A DNA stretch of 64,000 bases, from contig DASYXT010000141.1 in the NCBI GenBank assembly GCA_035934555.1, positions 25,812 to 89,811 on the forward strand, written 5' to 3'. Shown piece by piece: positions 11,075 to 17,333 of the stretch (the first letter of the stretch is position 1; every line of letters starts with the position of its first letter). The stretch is from Verrucomicrobiia bacterium (lineage in GTDB: Bacteria > Verrucomicrobiota > Verrucomicrobiia > Limisphaerales > UBA8199). The position numbers were made by a program, and so were the translations under genes. The notes under the pieces were generated by a model, which saw nothing but the letters and a program-made list of their open reading frames with translations, did not search any database and was not told the DNA's origin.

Positions 11075-12219
11075 TGCGGCTCCAGTTGGCGAAGCAGGTT
11101 ATGCAGGAACGCGACGTTATCACACTGGAGGTACTGCATCGCGCCGCCCATGCGAGCGAAGCTCTTGCAAAAACGCAGGTAATAAGCGGGGTTGTCTTTG
11201 GGCGGCTCGCCTTTAGACCAATCCCAATGGCCGCCATCCTGGATATCGACGACGTAAATCGTGTGGTCGCGAACGATTGCCCGCCCTGATTGCAGACGCA
11301 GGTTATTGACGGCGCTCAAGCTCTTCTCGAAGACTTGCGGGCCCATAATGGCTGAGCCGACCGACAGCACGACGCCGGCGTCGAGCCCCTCGACCGCGCG
11401 GCTGAACAGGCGAAAATCAACCGCGGCGGCGCGGCCAATGGCAGCCCCGTTGAACATCGGATGAGTGGAGAAAATGTCGTAGCCGATCCCGGGATGGACC
11501 GTGAGCGGGATGTTGTGCAGGAAGGCTTGAGCCAGAACGGAGGTTTCCTTTGAGGGATGTTTGACCTCGAGGCGGCCCGCCGGGAGCTGGTGCGCTTTCA
11601 TGGCTTGCAGCAACTCGGCACGGGCGGGGCTCAGCGGATGCGCGGGCTCGCGGGCCAGCACCTGGGCCAGCTCAGCAGGCTCGGGTAAGGTCACACCATC
11701 TTCAACAATGAACCGGCCCAGGCTGCGGCCATAGCCTTCGCCGCGCACACCGCCCGCCAACAAGGCCAGGTGAATGCACCGGCCGGTTTCGTCCCAGGTG
11801 CCAAAGGTCCCGGTGGCAACGTTGTCGCGAACGCTTTCCTCGGTGCGTCCCAGGAACGCGAGTTCCCAATCGTGAATGGTGCCGGCGCCGTTGGTGGCCA
11901 GGTGGGTGACCCAGCCGTTGCCGAGCAGCCGGTTCACGATGGCCATCGCGCCGTTCTTGATCAGGTGCGCGCCGTAAATGAGCAGGACCGTCGCGCCGCG
12001 CGCGCGCGCCGAGCGGATGCGCTCAGCGCATTGACGGAGGGGGTCGAGATTCGGCACCGGGCCAGGGGTTTGTTCCGGTGGCACCAGCATTTTCGCCAGG
12101 GAACTCAGACTGCGGCGGGTGCGCAGTGGATAGACGTGGACCTTGGTCAGGTCCAGTGGCTCCGGGTACGCATTGTTCACAGCGGCGAATGGGGTAACCT
12201 GTGGCAGGGGCGGAGTCAA
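11071..12219 (-). CDS. deoxyhypusine synthase-like family protein
   Basis: LIYGAHLIKNGAMAIVNRLLGNGWVTHLATNGAGTIHDWE parallels the DHS signature LGYTSNLISSGIRE...VDVLVTTAGGVEEDL, and NIPLTVHPGIGYDI parallels NNIPVFSPALTDG. The comparison is from memory and has not been searched. Confidence 0.5.
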   Translation of the reverse strand: MTPPLPQVTPFAAVNNAYPEPLDLTKVHVYPLRTRRSLSSLAKMLVPPEQTPGPVPNLDPLRQCAERIRSARARGATVLLIYGAHLIKNGAMAIVNRLLGNGWVTHLATNGAGTIHDWELAFLGRTEESVRDNVATGTFGTWDETGRCIHLALLAGGVRGEGYGRSLGRFIVEDGVTLPEPAELAQVLAREPAHPLSPARAELLQAMKAHQLPAGRLEVKHPSKETSVLAQAFLHNIPLTVHPGIGYDIFSTHPMFNGAAIGRAAAVDFRLFSRAVEGLDAGVVLSVGSAIMGPQVFEKSLSAVNNLRLQSGRAIVRDHTIYVVDIQDGGHWDWSKGEPPKDNPAYYLRFCKSFARMGGAMQYLQCDNVAFLHNLLRQLEPQ

Positions 12220-12374
12220 CTACGACCCCGCAGGGGTGACCTGTAGAGGGATTGGCGCGACCGTGCCAAGCTGGTTGAAAGGTCCGCTCAACTCACGGTG
12301 GATCAGGTCACCCCTACGGGGTTTGGAGGCCATTGTTAAAGACCTTGGTACTACAAACGGGTTACCCCTACGGG
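12191..12374. repeat. cluster of GGT(N)ACCCC(T/G)(A/C)(C/A)GGGG short palindromic motifs
   Basis: There is an 18-nt inverted repeat, 12226..12243 (ccccgcaggggtgacctg) versus 12304..12321 (caggtcacccctacgggg), with 1 mismatch. There is also a direct repeat of ggt(c/t)acccctacggg at 12306..12320 and 12360..12374, and ggggtaacc at 12191..12199. Confidence 0.7.
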
Positions 12375-12588
12375 TTCAAGCCTTGCGCCGCGCCTGGCTC
12401 CAGCCCCACCCAACCAACGCTGTGACGATTACGAATCCTCGGTCCAGCACCCGGGCCAGTCCGGTGGAAGAGGAGATGTCCCGCCTGATCCAGTCGCAAT
12501 ACGTTCGTTCCGTGCGGATGGAGTAATGCTTCAGACGCATGACTTCCCGGACCTGGTCGAGCAACTTGAGCTTGGGGTTGGGCGTGAC
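12365..12588 (-). pseudogene. integron-integrase (IntI-like tyrosine recombinase) N-terminal fragment, frameshifted and truncated
   Basis: KLKLLDQVREVMRLKHYSIRTERTYCDWIRR matches the IntI N-terminal SAM-like domain (compare IntI1 [33 protein letters not shown]). The expected continuation (HLLFHRTG) is in another frame and stops at about 12365. The catalytic domain is absent. Confidence 0.7.
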
Positions 12589-12619
12589 AAGGGCTGACCG
12601 TTGTGCACCATCACGCTTC

Positions 12620-12844
12620 ATGAAAAACGCAATTATGGTAGCAGTCATCTCAGCTACCGTTTTAATGGTCGGCTGCAGCAAGGAGCCGTCGAGCGGTTCC
12701 ACGACGCCAGCGCCTGGCAGCAACGCGGTAGCGGTTTCCGATGGCAGTAATACATGGTTTTTGGGAGCCACCACCATCAACGGCACCAATGTTTCGGACA
12801 CAAACGTTACAATTCGCGTCAGGACACGGGAGGCGTCGAAATGA
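12620..12844 (+). CDS. small lipoprotein, hypothetical
   Basis: MKNAIMVAVISATVLMVGCSKEPSS is a signal peptide with a lipobox. This is the internal ATG of ORF 12539..12844. Confidence 0.55.
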   Translation: MKNAIMVAVISATVLMVGCSKEPSSGSTTPAPGSNAVAVSDGSNTWFLGATTINGTNVSDTNVTIRVRTREASK

Positions 12845-12848
12845 TGCG

Positions 12849-12962
12849 GCGCAACTTTTCGCTGCACTGGACCGGGAGCAGCCGGTTCAGTTTGTTTCAA
12901 CGGGAACGTCACTGGCGGCTGCTCCCGGCCAGTGAGCTGGGCCTTTGGGCAAAACGCAGGTT
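12849..12962 (+). other. attC-like imperfect palindrome between two small ORFs
   Basis: A 19/20-nt stem is formed by 12865..12884 (cactggaccgggagcagccg) and 12916..12934 (cggctgctcccggccagtg), with one bulged A. It is flanked by GCGCAAC (12849..12855, near RYYYAAC) and GTTATGA (12960..12966, near GTTRRRY). Confidence 0.3.
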
Positions 12963-13253
12963 ATGAAATACCTGTATCCTTCCATCGTCCTGGCGGTGGT
13001 GGTCAGCGGATGCGCCACGTCTCCGAGCCTGTCGTCAGCGCAGCATCGGTTTCGCAAAGAACATCCCCGTGCCGAGATTCTGGCGCAGACAGCGAATGAC
13101 GCCACCGAACACACGGGGTATTGGCCGCAAAGCACGATCCGCCGGTATGCGGATTATACGTTTCGCTATCGGACAGCCGATGGTGTGGAGCACGAGGAAA
13201 GGTGGCACTACGAAAACCACGCCTGGTCGGTCGAGCAAGTCCAACCGAGATGA
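12963..13253 (+). CDS. small lipoprotein, hypothetical
   Basis: MKYLYPSIVLAVVVSGCATS is a signal peptide with a lipobox. This is the internal ATG of ORF 12945..13253. Confidence 0.6.
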   Translation: MKYLYPSIVLAVVVSGCATSPSLSSAQHRFRKEHPRAEILAQTANDATEHTGYWPQSTIRRYADYTFRYRTADGVEHEERWHYENHAWSVEQVQPR

Positions 13254-13362
13254 TTTTGCCCAACGAGTCGTGGCAGCCGACGCCGGATGGCCGTCTCGTC
13301 CGTTTTCGGGCGCATTTAACCCGGCGCCGCTAACTCCTAACGCTGGTGCCCCGAGACACGCT

Positions 13363-13752
13363 ATGGCATCTGATGAACGAGAAATCCGCACGGCGCATTC
13401 AATTTGGGTTGATGCCGTCAATGCCGGTGACCTGCCTCGTTTGCTCACCTTAGCCGCGGAGGATGTCGTTTTTCTCACCCCGGGCCAAGCGCCGTTCGAC
13501 CGGGAGGCATTTTCGTCCAACTTCATGGCCGCCCACCAACAGATGCGGATCTGTTGCACCAGCGAGTTGGAAGAGGTCGTTGTTGTCGGCGAGGTCGCCT
13601 ACACGCGGAGCCGAGACGCATTGTCAGTCACCCCGCGCGCAGGCGGCAAAGCGGCACAGCTCGCCGGGTATCGCATGACGGTATATCGCAAACAGCGCGA
13701 CGGTCGCTGGCTTCTGTCCCGCGATGTCCACACTTTGTCCACCGTGGCCTAA
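13363..13752 (+). CDS. SnoaL-like / DUF4440 (NTF2-fold) protein
   Basis: The ATG at 13363 gives a 129-aa protein, MASDEREIRTAHSIWVDAVNAGDLPRLLTLAAEDVVFLTPG...YRKQRDGRWLLSRD, which is the typical DUF4440/ketosteroid-isomerase-like pattern. The upstream part of ORF 13069..13752 has no coding features. Confidence 0.65.
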   Translation: MASDEREIRTAHSIWVDAVNAGDLPRLLTLAAEDVVFLTPGQAPFDREAFSSNFMAAHQQMRICCTSELEEVVVVGEVAYTRSRDALSVTPRAGGKAAQLAGYRMTVYRKQRDGRWLLSRDVHTLSTVA

Positions 13753-13966
13753 CCAGCTCCCTTCAGCCGCCATCCCCTGGTCGGGTCGGGGGATTCGTTG
13801 CTTCTTGGCAGGATATTTGCCTCAACGACTTGGACCGGCACGACTTCATCAAAACCCCTGGCCGAGACCTGTCCGAACCCTTCTGCGCCAATTTGGCACA
13901 ATGCCCGCCTCGCTCTTCCCTTCACTCGCCTCCAGCACAGCCGCCGCAATAAGCCTGCGCCACGCC

Positions 13967-14041
13967 ACCGCCCCGCTACCGCCCCGCTACCGCCCCGCTT
14001 GGAAAGGGTCATGGAAAGGGTCAGTCCCTGGGTCAGTCCCC
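13967..14041. repeat. compound short tandem repeat
   Basis: The unit accgccccgct occurs 3 times (13967..13999), followed by tggaaagggtca twice (14000..14023) and gtccctgggtca gtcccc (14024..14041). It sits inside a 424-bp non-coding gap. Confidence 0.9.
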
Positions 14042-14176
14042 GAACCAAACCGGGAGGGTTCTAGGGGTATATTTGCTGGCTCCGCGCGCCGACCACCTTT
14101 ATTTGCCACCTGGATGCCCTCTTCCCGACGCGCTACGCAGCAATACACCCTTCAGGGTTAGCCAGTAAGAGCGACG

Positions 14177-15049
14177 CTATGAGCCGGCAGCGCGTTGGCC
14201 GAGCAGGCGCGGCAGCCAAACCTCCGGCTGCCGGTAATCCGGCAGCAAGATGTCGGCTCCGGCCTGGAGCAGTTGGAGCCGCTTCGGTTCATTGAGTTTG
14301 CCGGAGCCGTTATGGTGTTCGTCGCTGGCGACGCCGATGGCGATGCCGCCGAGTTCTTTGGTGATACGCAACTCGACGGGGCCATCGCCAAAAGCAAGCA
14401 ATCGGCTGCCGGGGATGCCTTCCTGCCGCAGCAATCGCTCGAGGACGGCCCGTTTATCGGATTGCGCAACGTCAGCGGTGCCGCCGTAAATGTGCGGGCC
14501 GAAGTAACGGGCCAGGTCCAAAAGGCGCGCCTCTGCCTGCACGCGGTCCTGGCGGGTGCCGCTCAAAATAAAGAGCCGCAGTCCCAGCGCATCGAGCCGC
14601 TCCAGCACTGGTCGCGCGCCATAAACCACAAATTCCTCGCGGCCGGCTTTGCCGGTCAAAATGGCGTGTGTTCGCTTGGCGATGGCCGCATCGAGCCGCC
14701 GCTGATATTCGCCCAGGAGAGCCTCAGGGTCGGGCGCGTGGCCGCCGCGCTCGAGGGCCAGCTCGGCACCGCGGCGCATTTGATGAATGGAGGACTTTCC
14801 GTTCAGCGCGAGAATCTCGCGAAGCAGCAGGTCATGAAGCCCTCGTTCGGATTCTCCCGGGAACAAGGAGAATTGCTCACGCAAGACCCCCACCATCATC
14901 TCGGGCCAGCCGTGGCGCAACCAGGACAAGGTGCCGTCGAAATCGAACACGGCGTGGCTGAGCTGCGGATGGGCAGTCAGCGCGGGAGCGAACCAGGGCT
15001 CAGCGGCGGAAGCGTCCGGAACAGGCGCGGGGGATGAACCAGGAAACAT
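14177..15049 (-). CDS. HAD-superfamily hydrolase
   Basis: AVFDFDGTLS (motif I, DxDGT), ILSGT (motif II-like), and AFGDGPVE (motif IV GDG). Confidence 0.75.
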   Translation of the reverse strand: MFPGSSPAPVPDASAAEPWFAPALTAHPQLSHAVFDFDGTLSWLRHGWPEMMVGVLREQFSLFPGESERGLHDLLLREILALNGKSSIHQMRRGAELALERGGHAPDPEALLGEYQRRLDAAIAKRTHAILTGKAGREEFVVYGARPVLERLDALGLRLFILSGTRQDRVQAEARLLDLARYFGPHIYGGTADVAQSDKRAVLERLLRQEGIPGSRLLAFGDGPVELRITKELGGIAIGVASDEHHNGSGKLNEPKRLQLLQAGADILLPDYRQPEVWLPRLLGQRAAGS

Positions 15050-15085
15050 TTGCTGGCCGGTAAAGGAGTTGGATTTTGAAGCGGA

Positions 15086-16222
15086 TCAGACGAGCTTCTT
15101 CAGCTTGGGGTCTTCGGCCAGCTTCTTGACCAACTCTTTTACTTTTTGGGCCTGGCTTTTGTGGGCCAGGAGGGTCGCGTCATCGGTTTGCACCAGGATG
15201 GCATCTCGCAACCCGACGACCGCGATGGGTGTGCGCCGCTCTTTGCTGCGCGCGTCGTAAATGATATTGCGCGCGCCGTCCACGTGCACGAACTCGGCCT
15301 GGGCGCAGTTGCCCTCGGCATCGGCTTTGATATGCCTGCCCAGCGCGGTCCAGGAACCCAGGTCGTCCCACTCGAACCCGCCATCGGCCACGATTACGTT
15401 CTGGGCGTGCTCCATCAGCGCATAATCAATCGAGATCTTTTTGATCTCGGGATACTCCCTGGCCAGGACTTTGTTGAGCCTGGCGGGTGAGTTGGCGACG
15501 GCAAACCAACGTTGGCAGGCGGCATAGAGCTCCGGCTGATGCTTTTGCAAACCCTCGGTAATGGTGACGAAGGACCAGATGAACATGCCGGCATTCCAGC
15601 GGTACTGACCGCTGTTGAGGTACTCGAGGGCTTGATCGAAATGCGGTTTCTCGACGAATTGTTCGGCCCGGTGGAACGCTGTCTTATAGGGCTTAACGCC
15701 CTGCGGCGCCGGCAAGGACTCGCCCACCCGAATGTAGCCATAGCCGGTCGCCGGTTCGGTGGGTTTAATGCCGATGGTGATGATGGCCTGGCCGCGGCCG
15801 GCCAGGTCAAATGCATCCGCCAGCACCTGCTGGAATTTCTTTTCCTCGGGGATGATGTGGTCAGCGGGCAACACCGCCATGACGGCGGTGGTGGAGCGCG
15901 CGCCGACCAACGCCGCCCCCAGAGTGACGGCGGCGGTGGTATCGCGGCCAACGGGTTCGGCGATCAGATTTTCTTTGGGCAGCCTGGGCAATTGGCGCCG
16001 CACTTCCGGGGCCTGGACGTCGTTGGTAATGATCAGGATGTTTTTGACAGGAACCAGCGGCAGGACCCGCTCGACGGCTTGCTGGAGGAACGTTTTGTCG
16101 CCCAGCAAGCGGAGCAATTGTTTGGGCGTTTTCTCGCGGCTCACCGGCCAAAAACGCTCGCCTTTGCCGCCCGCCATGATGATGACATAGCGGTCGGCAT
16201 TCACTTTGCCCTTTTGTTTCAT
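15086..16222 (-). CDS. manC: mannose-1-phosphate guanylyltransferase
   Basis: IIMAGGKGERFWPVSREKTPKQLL is the nucleotidyltransferase signature of ManC/CpsB-type enzymes. At 378 aa it lacks the PMI cupin domain. Confidence 0.8.
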   Translation of the reverse strand: MKQKGKVNADRYVIIMAGGKGERFWPVSREKTPKQLLRLLGDKTFLQQAVERVLPLVPVKNILIITNDVQAPEVRRQLPRLPKENLIAEPVGRDTTAAVTLGAALVGARSTTAVMAVLPADHIIPEEKKFQQVLADAFDLAGRGQAIITIGIKPTEPATGYGYIRVGESLPAPQGVKPYKTAFHRAEQFVEKPHFDQALEYLNSGQYRWNAGMFIWSFVTITEGLQKHQPELYAACQRWFAVANSPARLNKVLAREYPEIKKISIDYALMEHAQNVIVADGGFEWDDLGSWTALGRHIKADAEGNCAQAEFVHVDGARNIIYDARSKERRTPIAVVGLRDAILVQTDDATLLAHKSQAQKVKELVKKLAEDPKLKKLV

Positions 16223-17019
16223 AATTGCTTCACCGCGTTTACGAGTGTTTGGGTAAAACCAGTCACCTTATCGACGAGGTCGGCGGATTGGGCGGCGCCG
16301 GCGATGCGGTCCACGACCGCGCTGCCTACCACGACGGCGTCGGCATTCTGCGCGACGGCCCGGGCCTGTTCCGGGTTCGAGATGCCGAACCCGACAGCAA
16401 TTGGCAGATCGGTATGGGCCCGGATTTTGGCGGTCATCTGAGAAAGGGTATCGGCGACGCGGGTCTGCATGCCGGTGACGCCCTCGCGCGAGACGTAATA
16501 GACAAAGCCGCGGCAGCGTTTGACGATAAACTCGATGCGGTCCTCAGGCGTGGTCGGAGCCACCAGGTAAATGTTGCATAGACCGGAGTGGGCCATCAGC
16601 AATTCGTAGGCCTCCGCTTCCTCGGGTGGCAAATCCAGCACCAGCAGCCCATCGACGCCGGCGCGCGCCGCGGCCACGATGAACTTCTCCAGCCCGAAAC
16701 GATGGATGAGGTTGAAATAGATGTAGAGAACGATGGGGATTGGCGAGTCGCGCCGGATGGCGGCAACCGTCTCGAGAACTTTCGGTGGCGTAGCGCCGGA
16801 GGCAAGGCCGCGTTGGGCGGCGAGTTGGTTGACCAGGCCGTCGGCGAGCGGATCGCTGAACGGCACCCCCAGTTCAAGTATGTCCACGCCCGCTCGAGCA
16901 AAGCCCAGGGCCAGGCGGCGTGTCGCCTCCAGGTCGGGATCGCCCGCACCGATGTACACAACGAAGCCTTTTTGTCCCTGGCGCTTGAGCCGCGCGAATT
17001 GTTCCACAATCCGGTTCAT
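16219..17019 (-). CDS. trpA: tryptophan synthase alpha chain
   Basis: GFVVYIGAGDPDLE...LELGVPFSDPLADG...YVSREGVTGMQ...GFGIS are canonical TrpA motifs. It overlaps the manC start by 4 nt. Confidence 0.93.
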   Translation of the reverse strand: MNRIVEQFARLKRQGQKGFVVYIGAGDPDLEATRRLALGFARAGVDILELGVPFSDPLADGLVNQLAAQRGLASGATPPKVLETVAAIRRDSPIPIVLYIYFNLIHRFGLEKFIVAAARAGVDGLLVLDLPPEEAEAYELLMAHSGLCNIYLVAPTTPEDRIEFIVKRCRGFVYYVSREGVTGMQTRVADTLSQMTAKIRAHTDLPIAVGFGISNPEQARAVAQNADAVVVGSAVVDRIAGAAQSADLVDKVTGFTQTLVNAVKQL

Positions 17020-17068
17020 CCCGCCCGAGCATGCCGAAAGCAGTTGGCGGTTTCAACGGTATTAGACG

Positions 17069-17278
17069 GCGCGCGGACTTTTAGTCTGACTTTTAGTCCG
17101 CAGCAGCATTCGAACAGAAGATGGCTTGGAGAATGGAGTAGCGCGGTTGAAAGTTTGGACATTGCTGCGGACTAAAGCCTGACTAAAGTCGGCGCTCCGA
17201 TCTGGAGCACGTTGCTGCGGACTAAAGTCCGCGCGCCGGGATTGAAGTGCGTTGCTGCGGACTAAAAGTCCGCGCGCC
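17069..17278. repeat. four copies of a REP-like palindromic element (core GCGGACTAAAGTCCGC)
   Basis: Copies lie at about 17069..17107 (inverted orientation with an internal duplication), 17162..17198, 17211..17237 (gttgctgcggactaaagtccgcgcgcc) and 17251..17278. Confidence 0.9.
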
Positions 17279-17333
17279 GCCGCGGGTGTCAAACAGGCTT
17301 GAATCGTTGGCGGTGGCAGGCAAACTCATTGGC

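Noticed and set aside
12376-12912. 178-aa minus-strand ORF taken as an intact gene
   Set aside because: Only residues ~113-145 resemble anything (the IntI N-terminus). The 5' two-thirds is antisense to a lipoprotein gene with a clear lipobox, and the 3' end is out of frame relative to integrase homologs. It is treated as a pseudogene fragment instead.
13254-13850. Additional attC sites after the second lipoprotein ORF and after the SnoaL-like ORF
   Set aside because: RYYYAAC-like cores are present (GCCCAAC at ~13258, GCCTAAC at ~13746). However, I found no matching GTTRRRY partner or long imperfect palindrome downstream, so they are not supported.
13967-14041. CRISPR array
   Set aside because: The repeat units are 11-12 nt and directly abutting, with no spacers. 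No cas genes are in the window. The other repeats (17069..17278, 40871..40898) also lack CRISPR repeat-spacer periodicity.
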